A stretch of DNA of 64,000 nucleotides from the human T2T-CHM13v2.0 reference genome, Homo sapiens: assembly GCF_009914755.1 (NCBI RefSeq), contig NC_060928.1; one strand, written 5' to 3'. Shown here in pieces: positions 24,188 to 37,757 of the stretch. The position numbers were made by a program, and so were the translations under genes. Position 1 is the first letter of the stretch; each line of letters opens with the position of its first letter. Below the pieces are notes generated by a model. It was not told where the DNA came from. It was given only the letters and a program-made list of their open reading frames with translations, and ran no database searches.

Positions 24188-25109
24188 ATTGATTCACAGT
24201 TCTGCAGGGCTGGGGAAGCCTCAGGAAACTAACAATCACGGCAGAAGGGGAAACAAACACATCCTTCTGCACATGGTAGCAGCAAGAAAAAGTGCCGAGC
24301 AAAAGGGGAATAACCTCATATAAAACCATCAGATCTTGTGAAAACTCACTCACTATCAGCAGAACAACATAAGGGTAAATGCCCCCATGATTCAATTACT
24401 TCCCACTGGCTCCCTCCCATGACACGTGAGGATTATGGAAACTATAGTTCAAGATGAAAATTGGGTGGTGATTCAGCCAAACCTTATCAGCCTCTTACTA
24501 TAACAGGAAAGTAGTTTCCCCTCTGGGCCTCAATTTCTTAAAATCTAAACAAAGTAGGATCTGCTGTATGGCCTTTCACTCAATTCTAGGATCTCACTCT
24601 TTGGGAGGAAAACCCTAAGGTGGTGAACAGCTGCTCAGAATCTAGGAAAACGCCCTGAGAAGCTGTCTCAGTGGGAGCTTGGCTAGCCAGCCAACTAGGA
24701 AGTTCTCTTCCTAGTTTTCCTGCCCCCAACTCCCGTGGGGTCCTCACCCTCACTAACCCACCCCCAGTGTGTTACACACAGACCTGTCAAACTGGCTCTC
24801 TAGATGAAGTACCAATAGAAATGTAATCTTTTTGTTTTTGTTTTCCTAAAAATGCCTGTTTTCTATCACCTTGTAAACTCAGGACCAGCTGCCGGGGTCT
24901 GGACTTGTTTGGAAATTTCACTTTACCGCATGAGTGCCAGACCCAGCAGACACAGCTTTGACATCAATTAACAGCACGACAAATCAGCAGCTGATTCTGG
25001 AAACGGCTTCCACACTGACAGTCAAGCACGGCAGTTGAGAAACAGCATCTCCAGTAACACTTTGTCATTCTTTGACATTGCTGACAGACTCCTTGCTTTC
25101 CCCAGACTT

Positions 25110-25575
25110 ATTATACAAACACATATGCATACACACATTCTTACAAATAAGAATGTACATCTGAACTTGCACATTCAGACATACACACAAATCAAGGGGA
25201 TTGTGCATGGAGGCACTCATTTCCCTTTCATATAGGTGTTCATGTACACACACAAATACACACTTATCCTTAAGAACTTAAATGCATTCATTTACTCACA
25301 CATGCATCATTTCACAACTCCACAGACATAACTATCCTAACATCTGCAAAAGCATACACACACATGCATGCAAATAGACTACTGTGTGCCCTTCTGATTG
25401 TCCACAGGCTCATTCACACACTGCAAAGCCAGCACTCACAAGATCATGCACTCAGAGGACACAGAGACATAATTTCTCAGACAGATGTGCTTAAATGCAT
25501 GAACTCATACAGTTAAACACGCACATGAGCTTGCCCAAACATACACACACACACACACACATGCACACACACTCA
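25110..25575. repeat. Degenerate (CA)-rich tract ending in a (CA)n microsatellite
   Basis: Recurrent CACACA/CATGCA; pure (CA)n near 25543-25572. Confidence 0.7.
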
Positions 25576-27637
25576 CTGCCCAGTGCAAGAGACTGAAGAC
25601 AAGTTTCTGAAGTGAAGTTGGAAAGGGCAGCTGTTTTTGCTCTGAACAAAGACTATAAAATGCAGAGTAAAGAAAGGAATGTCCGCACTTTCTAGCATTA
25701 ATATACTTCACTGTGAATAGCTTTATCTTCCACATTTATCTCTTTTTGTTTTTTTGCCATTCAGGGTATTTGAGTTATGTTTACATAACAATGTTTTGGA
25801 ACATTTAATCAAACTAATATTTCTTTTATGTAAAAAGGTACTGCCTTCAATAGCTGTTAGCTGTTTTTTAGCACCATTTACTCTGAAGAAGCTCTTCATG
25901 GTTGTTTAGTTTTGACATGTTGTGCCACAAATTGTATCTGTTTAGTGCATCTAGCACCTATAATCACCTCGAAAAGTCTGCAGATCACTGGCAAGGAAAG
26001 AAGAAAGGCTGTTGTTCCAAGTCTCCACATTTGTTTGCCTTTCAGATGTTTAAAAATCTAAGCATCTTTTTTAAATTAACACACATTTTGGGGCATGTGA
26101 GTAGGAGAAAATGTAGAAAGGGCATGCTGTTTTCCTCATCTTATGCAAAAACAGCTGGAGCTGGAGAACAAAAATAGAGTAACAGAGTGGATTTACTTCT
26201 TCAGGCTAAAGCTACACTCCTGGAATGTAAGTGGGCAATAATTCACGGACAACGGAGTGAAAAGCGCAATAAGTCATGGAGCCTGGTCCAGAACACCAAT
26301 CTCTTTACTGAGTACTTGTGGACTGGGGCAAGGTAATTTAAACTCTGAGATTCAGATTACTGGAATATAAAATAGGGTTGATAACACCTCACTGAATTTT
26401 GTTTATCAGAGAATTGTTAGTGTAAACTTTTTGGTCCTCACAATTATTGTATGCTTTAATCTTTCTTTTAACTATTGTCTGTAAAATGACCTAGATAGTC
26501 TGGCACTAAATCAGCTATTCGTAATATATAACTAGAAACACTTGGTTGGTGATCTCCTGAAGTTTATACAAGAAGAAATCATGTTATATTCGTAAGTGCC
26601 TTCTCCCAACCCCCGGGGGGAGAACCAGCAATTTTCCAGTGAAATTCCATGAAGGTTGAGATTTTTTTCTATGTCATTTTCGGGTTAATTCCCAGTACCT
26701 GGATAAGTATCAGATACATAAGAGACACTCAATAAGTATTTGCCGAACTGATGAATTATGTCCTTGAACATTTGCATTTGGATCTTCTATTCCAAGCCAA
26801 AAGAAAAAAAGAAAAGTGAAGAAAGAACTCTTTATTCTTACTATAAAGAATCATAATCAAAGCTGAGGATGTAACTTATCCATCACTCTTTCTCCAGGGC
26901 CTGAAACGGCACATAAAAGAGGCTGAATAAGTATGTTTTACATAAGTCAGTAGTTATCAATAGACATTTTGTATTGGAACAACAAAAACAATATCATTAA
27001 ATGTCACTGTTAAAATAATCCAACTCAACATTTCTTGCAGAGAATAAAAGTTCTTCTTGTGCCTCTCTTGGTCTTACTTCTCTGCCTCTTCACAGGGCTA
27101 CTTCCCATAGTCCCAGCCCTACAAGGTCCAGCACACCACCCTCTGCTTTTCCAATTATACAAACTTTATCTCAACAATTTCATTTAGACATTTTTTTTCT
27201 GATTACCATTTGCAGTAGTAACTTTCAAATTTCATCCTCAAACTCATCCTCCTCACAACCTTCATCATGTAATATTCAATGAGTGCTAGAGTTTTCTACC
27301 AGGATAGCTTCCAAATGGCTTTTAAAATGTATAAATCAGAGCTCATTGTCTTCTTTCCTAACTCTTCTCCCTCTGCTCAATTTTGTATCTGAGCAGATGT
27401 CACCAGCATTCACCCAGCAGATACATCAGCACCCTCTGCAGTCTCCTGTTTACCCTCTCTCCTTAAATTCTGCTCTTCTCCTCCCTTAAATAATGTTGTT
27501 TCTCAAGTGCTCATGTCTGGCTCTCTTTTTCTCTTATTGTGTAAATTTAAGTAAAATAAAAGTACTAAGAGGTTGTAGGATATAATGAAAAGTTAAAAGA
27601 ATTAAACTGATCTTTAAAGATTTAATAACAGATAAGT

Positions 27638-27926
27638 CTCATGCCTATAATCTGAGCACTTTGGAAGGTCAAGGCAGGAGGATCGCTTGAGACCAGGACT
27701 TTGAGACCTGCCTGGGTACCATGGCAAAATCCCTGGCTCTACCAACAATAATAATAAAAATAAATACCCAAGCATGATGGTGCATGCCTGTGGTCCCAGC
27801 TACTTGGGCGGCTGCAGTGAGAGGATCACTTGGACACAAAAGTTCCAAGCTGTAGTGCGCCATGATGGTTCCAATGCATGCTAGCCTGGGTGACAGATCG
27901 AGACCCTGTCTCGAAGAAAATAAAAA
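27638..27926 (+). mobile_element. AluJ
   Basis: GGAGGATCGCTTGAG...GCTGTAGTG...GACCCTGTCTC + A tail. Confidence 0.85.
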
Positions 27927-28469
27927 CTGAATAACATCTATAACCTTGAATAACAATACACGAGAAAAAGCTGCCCAAATGCAATAAAGGTCAAAAAGAC
28001 ACTTGTTAAAAAAGATGTTGATAATGACAAATCTATGAAATAAAGTTAGCAACAAAATAAAACAAAACAAAAAACTTTCAAAAGTAGGTGTAATACATAA
28101 AGGGCAAATCCAATGCTCACATATTTAACAACTAGAACAGGAGACACAGACTGGCCAGAGGAGCAGCCCCTACTCTGTTCTACAACAGGGAAATGTGGAC
28201 GGGGTGGTTTCAGGAAATCTTATAGCAGTTTCTTAGAGAGATTTGACTACTATCCATCTTTGCCTTCCGGGAAAAAGCAAAGGCTCCAACAACTTGTGTA
28301 GTCTCACAATACTGCCAAATAAGCTGTCACACTCTGTAACACAAGAAAGCTTCTGTTAGTGCAGAAATCAGCTCTGGCTCCAGCATAACTCAAATCTTTT
28401 GAAAATAGATGGTACTGTGAGAACCAGTTTCATTCAAAGATGATCCATTGTCAAAAAGGAAGTAGCACA

Positions 28470-28763
28470 GGGTGGGTGCAGTCGTTCACACCTTCAATTT
28501 CAGCACTTTTAAGAGTCCAAGGTCGGAGAAATACTTGAGGCCAGGAGTTCAAGATCAGACTGCTGGGCAATATAGCGTGACACTATCTCTACAAAAATAC
28601 TTAAAAATTAGACAGCTGTGGTGGTGTGTGCCTGTGGTCCCAGCCACTCAGGAGGCTGAGGCAGGAGGATCGCTTGAGCCCAAGAGTTTGATGCTGCAGT
28701 GACGTATGATTGCATCATTGCACTCCATCCTGGGCCACAGAGTGAGACTCTGTCTCTCAAAAT
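28470..28763 (+). mobile_element. AluJ
   Basis: GGAGGATCGCTTGAGCCCAAGAGTTTGATGCTGCAGTG; TSD AAAAGGAAG(T/C)AGC. Confidence 0.85.
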
Positions 28764-29459
28764 AAAAAGGAAGCAGCCCTGGATGCATGGATTCATACAA
28801 AGATACTATAAGAAATAAGAAAAAAAGGAATGGAAACATGTGAAAGATGACTAAGCCTCACCAGAAAAATATTACCACAGAAAAGATGTAAAGTACGAGC
28901 AAACATAAGCCATAAATAAAATTTTAAAAATACTGCTAAAAAAAGTGCACTGGTAAGATATGTCAAGTTAACTAAAAGAGATGAAACATGAGCTGGCAGA
29001 ACTTGGGAAGTAAATGGAAAGGAAAAAGAAAGAACATCATCTACAAAATCACGTCTGCATTGGAAGCAGCATAAAAGAAAATAGAAGCTGTTCAAGATAC
29101 ATTAAGGCCATGAAAGACTGGAGTGAGAAAAAAAAATGAAAGAAAAATGATCAAAGCATTTTAAAAAATGCTGATGGCAGCTATGTAACATAGGAAAGAA
29201 AAAAGGGCTTCACATATAATAGGTAGCTCCAAAAATAAAAGGAGATGCTGAACAGTTAAAGTTACTAGTCTGCTATGATAAAGATTACACTGTGCATCTA
29301 GGCAAAATGATTAAATCATCCACATGCAAAAAATATCAGGCTAGATTCAAAATGATTCACGGCAACATTCAAGGATAGAAGACTGTGAAGGATGTGAGCA
29401 TAACATCCTCAAGGAAACAAGATGTTTAGCCCCACCAAAGTTTATTCTAACTATAAAGT

Positions 29460-30450
29460 CAGTGTTCATCCACTTGTTTAGAAACTATTTATTGAGTGCT
29501 TATTATTTTCAAGCATTATTGGTACAGAGGATACAACAGCAACAACAACCATAACAAGCAGACACATATCTCTGCTCTCATTCTACATATATATATATAC
29601 ATGTAGTTTTCTCTGTCACTCAGTGTCTTTCTCTGTCACTCAGGCTGAAGTCCAGTGGTGTGATCTTGGCTCACTGCAGCCTCCACCTCCTAGGTTGAAG
29701 TGATTCTCCTGCCTCAGCCTCTTGAGTAGCTGGGAATACAGGTATGTGCCATCATGCCTGGCTAATTTTTGTATTTTTTAGTAGAGACCTGGTTTCACCA
29801 TGTTGGCCAAGCTCGTCTCAAACTTCTGAACTCTGATCCACCTGCCTTGGCCTCCCAAAATTTTGGGATTACAGGCATGAGCCACTGCACCTGGCCCATT
29901 CTACTTATATTCTAATTAGAGTGCAAAAAGAGCAATGAATGAGATAAAGAGTAAAATACGTAGTGTGTAAAGAGATGATCATTGATTACTCAAAGGAAAA
30001 ATAAAACCTAGAAAGTCAACAGGGATTGTCGAAAGCATTATCACTTTAGAGAGGATGACCACAGAAGGCTTGAATGAGAGGGGACATTTGAGTAAACATT
30101 TTAGTGAGTAAAGAAGTAAGCCTTGCAGTCATCCAGAGAAAGGGCATTCTAAGCATTGAGATAGCTAGGACTAAGGCCTTGAGGCAGGAGTGTGCTGGGA
30201 GCCAGGAATGCTAAGTGGTAAAGAATGGGGTCAGAATGGCTGGAACAGTGAGGAGGAGGCAATGAGAATGTCATGAGGTGAGGAAGGTAATGTGAAAAGG
30301 AGTGTTGAGTGTTTTAAGGATGTTGGCTTGTACTCTGAAGTGAACAGATTTGGGATTGGGTAGGGAAAAGATCAGAATCCCACTTCAGAACTTGTGCAGT
30401 TTGGGAGACCTACCAAAAATCCAGGTAGAGAAGCTAAATAGGTTGTTGTA
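29460..30450 (-). mobile_element. L2 fragment (interrupted by an Alu)
   Basis: TATTTATTGAGTGCTTATTA...GGATACAACAG; AAGGCCTTGAGGCAGGAGTGTGC typical of the L2 3' region. Confidence 0.6.
29587..29896 (-). mobile_element. AluS with (TA)n-converted tail
   Basis: Alu body 29600-29896; TSD CATTCTAC on both sides. Confidence 0.85.
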
Positions 30451-30879
30451 CATATAATAAAACATTTTTAGCATAAAAAGAATCACATATGTTATAAAAG
30501 TCTTTATTTTAAAAGTACTAGGGGGACACACTTCAGAAAACCTAAACATGAATAGAAAATCTTTCTGGAAGGGAATAATGGTGAATATTGAATTCATATA
30601 TCTATAGGGACAAGATTAAGACACTTGAAATACAGGATACTTACCTGAAAAAATTGAAATGTTATTAACATAAAAATGTTGATATGGTGGTAAATAGCAA
30701 AGGAAGGAAAGGAAGATTGTAAGAAGTAGTTTAAGAAGACTTAGTTCCTGATTTACTGTAACCAAGCCTTCAAACTTATATAATTTAAAGTAGATAAATT
30801 TAGTTATAGGGATGCAATTTATATATAAAGTTATAATGTTAGATATTAAGAAAAATCCATCATTTTACTAAGAAAAAAC

Positions 30880-33481
30880 AACCAATTTATGCCACATATC
30901 ATCAGTGTCCCATCCACTTCTTTTCAGTCTTTCAACTACAGTGCATGTCAGCACAAGTTACAACTCACAGCTCTTGATAATTGTTTTGCATGAGGGCCTT
31001 CTGTTGCGAGGAAATCATTCTGCCCATACAAATATCAACCATTAGCGCCAGGGAATGAAAATATCTTCAGATCAGCCCTCAAGCTATTGTACTACAGCTT
31101 CGCTCAGCAAAGGCTTTGAAAGTTACTATGAGGGAAATCCTACTGGGCAGAGCTACAATCATTAAACCTCTAGTCATCAACTTGATCCACAGAGAAAAGT
31201 AGCCTGAGTAAAGAATGTGCATGGAATCCCTGGACAGTGACAAATGGCTTGTCTTGGAAAGAGCAGGATTGTAAGATTGAAGAAAATGACGTTAGAACAA
31301 GAGACCTAAGGCTAGATCTACAATGGTGAACAGACAAAACATGTAGATATTTGGGTTCCCCACATCACCCATCTAAAAGCAGCCAGGGTAGTGAAAGCAC
31401 TGAATAGTCAAGAAGAGAGTTGGCCTGGTCCAGTAGAAGTAAGCCAGCACTCTGGGCTCCAGGTCACCAAAACTAACTTAGTTACTGCTGCTACTGAATG
31501 TCCAAACTGAAGAGGCAACAAAGGACACTGAGCCTATGATATGGCATCATTTTGTTAAGAAAACTAATGAGTCACTGGGAAGCAAGTTGATTTCACGATG
31601 TTCCTTTTACCTGGAGGAGGCCTCTTTTGTAATTACTGGAATTGGGATTATACTGGGAGTGGATTTGTATTCCCTGCTCTGAGTGTTTTTGGACAGTATG
31701 GTTATCCAGAGGGTCACTAAGCATGCAGTTTATGCCATGAGATTTTGCATAATATTATCTTAGACCAAGTGTCTTTGTTTGCTTTGCATTTCTATAAAGT
31801 AATACCTGAGGCTGGGTAATTTATAAAGAAGAGGTTTATTTGGCTCATGGTTCTACAGACTGTAAAGGAAGCATGGTACCAGGATCTGCTTCTGGTGAGG
31901 ACCTCAGGAAGTTTTCAATCATGGCAGAAGGGGAAGGGGAGCCAGTATGCCACATGAGAGTGGGAGCAAGAGACAGAAAGAGAAGGGATGCCATGCTCTT
32001 TTAAACAACCAGCTACCTGGTGAAGTAAGAGAATGAGAACTCACTCATCACTTCAAAGACAGCACCTAGCCATTCATGAGAAATCCACTCCCATGATCCA
32101 AACACCTCCTACTAGGGACACCTCCAACATTGAAGATCATATTTGAACATAAGATTTGGAGGGGACAAATATCTGAACTGTATCACCAAGGGGCTCAATT
32201 AAAGCAGCAAGGAGATGTGACAATTGGCACATGAGCATGGGATACACTGGTTCTCCCATGTACTCCATCATATACATGCTGTCATCTATCTAGAATTTTG
32301 GGATGGGATCTTCAAAATGCAGCTAAGATGCCAGGTTAGGTATGGCATTCTTTGAGTCTGAAGTGATGTCCTTCCATATTTGATGTATACTTTAACCAAT
32401 AGCCATCATATGGTGTTGTCTGTGCAGGAGATGAATAAGCTTGAGAATACAAAAGTTAGCAATAGGATAATTACTCATTATCACTTTTAGTGAAACTTGG
32501 GGTGTGGGGATGTATCCTTCCTATGCCTATAGCTCTGGGTTTTGCTAAACTAGAAGTCTGGTTTCAGAGCTGGGGGATGCTGTTACCAGGAATGAAGTAG
32601 GAATTATTCTACATTTCTCACCATAGGCTTTTCATGCCAGTAGACTAGGAGTCAAAGAAAAGAATGATTGTAATTGGTGGTGTAAAAGACCCCAATAATC
32701 ATAACAAGATAGTTTGGCTGATACATAGTGGTGATAGGGAGTAGTAAGTATGAAATTCAAGAAATTTTAGGGGGATAATTTTATGCCTCTGTATCCCTTA
32801 ATAACTGTAAATGGCTGGCAGAAATGCTGATGGGGTAATCTAGAGTGTGTAGCAGAGGAAGGAGGTGATTTGTACCTATTAAGCTACTAGGACCAGCTCT
32901 GGCAGTGGGGACTAGAGCTTGTCCTTTTGCAAGTTTTCCTTTTTTTAAGATATTGAAATAGGCCATTGTCTCAAATAACTGCTTGCAGGATTTTCATATA
33001 CAGCATGGGTGGGTCTGAGTGGTATAAGAGAATTACCGTGAGTACCCTGCCCATTTTAGGGTAGAACAGCTTGAATTCAAAATTCTAGCACCCGCATTTC
33101 TTTGTCATAGGCTTTCTCTGCCATTGATTTCACATTTTGTGACTGTGAAAAAGGCCAAAATTGCAGGGGAATTAATGCCTCAGAAAGCAGCCGTCGATAA
33201 ATTCCTAGCGTGGGTTGGTGTATCATCAATCACCCCAGCTCCCTCACCTCCACCTGAGACGATTCTGTGGATTTGTGTGTGTGTGTGTTTTGTGCTGGAC
33301 CCAGAGTTTCCCAGAAGGATTTCACTGCAGTCTTCTATGGAGGGACCTTGCTTGATGAGGCCACGTTATTGGTTTCTTCTTTTCCTACTTCCCTACTATT
33401 ACTTCCCCAATAAAGGACTTATACTCTGACATTCGACTGTTTGTCTCAACGTCTGCTTTTGGAAGAACCTAAGCAAAGACA
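30880..33481 (+). mobile_element. HERV16/ERV3-16A3-like ERV-L fossil with LTR16-type 3' LTR (about 33040-33481)
   Basis: Degenerate RNase H/integrase motifs (SW.V.NGL..WKEQD.KI, ATECP, WKQVD, WAHEHGIHW..HV.HH); LTR16-like GGAATTAATGCC...CCCCAGCTCCCTC...GAACCTAAGCAAAGACA. Confidence 0.7.
31770..32185 (-). mobile_element. MST (B-like) solo LTR in the ERV-L fossil
   Basis: TGTCTTTG...CTGTATCA; perfect TSD CCAAG (31765-31769 / 32186-32190). Confidence 0.88.
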
Positions 33482-34007
33482 CCACTGTCACAACTGTATA
33501 CTTGCTCGTAGTATTTTACACTTGCTGTCTAGATCAATAGAATAGCAAGTGTTATATAAAATAGCCAGTATGTTATATAAAGTCTTAGTTATAAAGCAAC
33601 AATAAGAAAAGTCATTAGTGGAACATAATTCTAAATTATCTAGGAACATACACACAAATACCAAAGAAATATGCTTCACATAGTAAAGAATTTTTAAAGA
33701 AACAGTAAAAGCAGAAAGCATCGCATAAAACATGAGACAGAATTAAGACCAAATGTATATTTTATATCAATAAATTAAAATCGCCTATTTAGGTACAAAA
33801 ATATCAGATTGGATTACAAAGCAAAAATATCTATAACGGTAAATTGACTCAGGGAGGTTGAAAAATAGAAATGTGGGTAATTTTCTACAGAGAAAATGTA
33901 GACAAAGGATGTGCTAAAATGCTAAGGTAATTCGAGAGCATGTTAAGAAAATAAGAATCATTTATAGATAAAGCTTATAAATTTAAATAGAGATCAAGTG
34001 GTTTTAA

Positions 34008-34008
<1 letters not shown>

Positions 34009-34045
<37 letters not shown>
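34009..34045. repeat. (TG)n microsatellite, about 18 units
   Basis: Pure TG run. Confidence 0.95.
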
Positions 34046-34047
<2 letters not shown>

Positions 34048-34984
34048 CTAAGAATATATAATCAATACTAATATAGGAAAACTAAAATTTTACAGGGAAA
34101 ATAGATAAAAATAAATTATTATAAAAACCGAATTCACTTTTCTCAATGCTTGACATAGAAGCATGTAAGGAACAACATAAAAAATCTACCCCTTGTTTGG
34201 TATACTTGATGTCTTTGAATTCCAATCCCTGAAAAGACAGACAATCTTTCTTTCAAGATTCAAGGTGTGAAGTTACATGTGTATGATGTCCCATATATAA
34301 GTAAAAATAAAACAAAATCCACAATAAATAAAAACTACAAATGCTTTAAAAAAGGTAAGAATGTGGGAGGATCATAAATAAATTCTTATGAATAACACAT
34401 CTTTAACAATAATAAAAACCAGAAGTCATCAAATGTTTAAAAATGACAATATGGAAAGTATAAACTAAAAATTTACTTCAACATGAAAAATAAAATAAGA
34501 GTTCAAACAAAAGGCATATGTCATGAGCGAAACTCATAGTTTCTTAGTATAATAGTTAATAAAAATTAATACTAACAGCTCATGAAAATAATCAGCAAAA
34601 TACACATTTCACAGAAAACACAGCTGGGCATAAGACTTAAAAGTAGGATTAATCTCACTCATGAGTGAAATGCAAAACAGGGCTACAATAATACATCACT
34701 TTTCATCTACCAGATTGAGGAAGAGCAAAAAGTGTGAAAACACAGTATAATTACAAGTAGAAAAGGGTTGAGTATATCCCCTGTCACTGATTAGAGGATA
34801 AGCTGTTACATTCTCAACTAGAGAACAAAATGACAACACATATCGAATGGGCATTCTTTCCGACCCAGAAGTTCTTTTTTTTTTTTTTTTTTTAGCAATG
34901 TAATCTACAGTTGGACTCATGTATAATTTTTAAAAAGGGTTCAAAAAGGAGACTTATTGCAACTTTCACCCCTGACAATAAAGG

Positions 34985-35110
34985 ATTAGAAAATATAATA
35001 GTCACTGTTTGGGTGATGGGTACACTGGAAGCCCAGATGCCACCAATACACAACGTAGCCAAGTAGCACCTGCACATGTGACCCCACCAACACTCTATTT
35101 AAAAAAAAAG
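34985..35110 (+). mobile_element. Short L1 3' end
   Basis: TGGGTGATGGGTACACT..AAGCCCAGA...CCTGCACATGT..CCCC + A tail. Confidence 0.65.
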
Positions 35111-37757
35111 AATATTATTAACTGTATTATGTTACATTCACATAATGGTATACTCTTAATTATAATGAATTAGAAATCTCCAATTGTTATGAAGTGAAAA
35201 CAGAAGTAGCAGATCAGGGTAAAATATTCTACCCTTAAAAAAACAAATGTTTATTTATTCAGGTATTCAAAAATATGTATGGACATATACTTATTCTAGG
35301 TTCTGGGGATATCATGGTAAGTAAGACAAACTTCACATTAAGTTCATAGTCTAGGGAAAGGCATGACAAGCAATTGAAAGAAAAAAAGAAAAAATTGAGT
35401 GTAAGAGATGAGGAATAAAGGGGACTATTTTAAATAGAGTGATCATAGATATCCACTAAGAAGAAGTTACTTCAGGAGATTCACCAATGAACTGGAGGAG
35501 TTGATCATGTGAGTAGCTGGATTGATACCTGTAAATATAAAAGGAAAAAGAACTAACAACTTCTCTTGCAACATCTGGTAGCAGTGTGACTTCGGGCTGG
35601 TTAACTAGCCTTTCTAAGCCTTGTTTTCTACACTCATAGCACAGAAAAGGCCATATCTCTCACGATTGGATATGATAAAAACTGAAACAACTCTCTTAGG
35701 GCAACGATGGATTTTTATAGGCTCATGTATTCCAAGCCACAGAGTATCAGATGAAACCAGCTTTGCAGACAACCTGAGTCAGTGACCAAAAGGCCTTTAG
35801 GACTGTCAGACTACATCTCTTATCATTGCTTCTCTCTGCATGTGGGCTGCACATCTCTGATTTTTAGACAAACTTTTTCTAAACTAGGGGACTGGAAGTC
35901 CAGATAAGCAGCTAGCATCTTCAGTGTTCACATCTCTCACCTTACCAAGCAATAGTCACTCTTCTATTAGTTGTATCTTAAAAATCCTAGGGAAGATTTC
36001 TGGCCCAATTTGTCTTACCTCCCCACTCCTCATGGTGAGCAGTGTGCAATAATGTACAATTTACTCTAGAGCTATTAAGTTGAAGTAGGGGCTGAAGGAA
36101 TTTACCAAAAGTAGGGATACCCTTCTGAAATGAAAGGAGGCTTGCTTAGCAGAAGAAACAATAGCTGATCATTGCAGGAGGGTTATGAGGACCCATTGGT
36201 ACAGTTTGTATGGACCATCAATCAAGGGTACTAGATCTTGCAGGCAGCATGTAGCACAGGTATGTCCATATCACTCTGGGATCACCAGGGCAGAGAGTGC
36301 CAGTGATCAAGAATTATTTTTCTGTTAGTTTAGACCCACCCACCATATATTTTTCAGTGCAGTACTGTGTAGCCACTGCTATGTGATGTGAGTTATAAGC
36401 AATAAGACCTGATTGATCTCTTTACATTAGATAACTATGAGCTCCTCTTCTTTGTTGTTTTATTTATTTTTTAATTTTTGAGGCATAGGATAGATTAACA
36501 TGATTCTTTGTAAAAATTATAAAAATCTCAAAATACTAGCAGACAGAGGATATTCAAAACTATGCTTCTATTAACTAAACTTTCACATTCACTTCATATT
36601 GTTTACCTGCCTATTTTTCCTGCTGCCCCACACCAAAATTGCCATGAACTCATTAGCTAAGGATGTGGTGATCCGTAGCCTTCTCTCCCTAGTTAGTTCC
36701 TTTTGTATCTGCTCTTCTTTAGGTAAGAGTATTAAATAGAATTTACCCCTCAATGGCTTTCTTAATAGGACCCCAAATTCCCATGACATATACTATCCTC
36801 AGCTATTTACTGAAATACTTATAATTTCCTCTACCTTCTTAACACTAATGTAGAGAAGATATCAGAGCTACCTTTGCTTCTAATTAAATTTTCTTTTTAA
36901 GTCCCATTTAAACCCTACTCTTTTTTCTTCCCCTCTAATGTCTAACTTTCTGATTTTTATGTACTTATGTATTTTTGTTTATCTTGTTAATAGCATCGTT
37001 TAGAATTGAAAAAAGCTTAAAGCTTGGGTCCAGAATCAGAAACCAAGTATTCTCCTCTTTAAGGTACAAGTTTCTCCTAAGGATATGAGAAAAATGACCA
37101 TGAAAATCTCTTCTAATTATAGACTCTCTTTATTTCTGCTATTTTTGTTTCTAACTCATTGATTTATCCCTCTCAGTAGAAAGGGGAAAGTAGATGGTCC
37201 TGAGATATACCTGGTTTCATTCATTAGCTGTGTGAGCCGGAACAATTAGCCATTCACTGAGAAATAAGTTGGTTTTCTCAGCTGTACTGGGGTGGTGACA
37301 GTAGAACCTATCTGGATCAGGTAGGAACCTCAAGAGAAAATCCAGCATGAATCAGCTTAAGCCTAAAAAGTGACTAATGTTAGCTTAGGTGAATCAAATG
37401 GTCAGAGCTAGGGAAAGCTGCAGGCGTGGCTTGACTTAGGAATTAGTGTTGGCAAGAAGGCTCAGCTGCTCTCCATCTCTCAGCTCTATTGTGGATCCAC
37501 TAACAGTCTCTACTAGCTGTAGGCTCTACCTGCACAAGTACAAAATAACTGTCCAAATTAAAAATCTCCTGCACACCCCAGGGTTCAAATCCAGCAGCTA
37601 CAGATCTTTTCTCCTCCAGAGATAAACCAAAAAATGGGAACCTAACTCTCATTGATTTGCATTGGGTCACTCCTTATCCAGCCATTGTACTGGAGATAGG
37701 AAATATACTAATTAGCTTATCTACAATTCTCCAGTGCTCCTGGTAAGTTGGCCTTAC

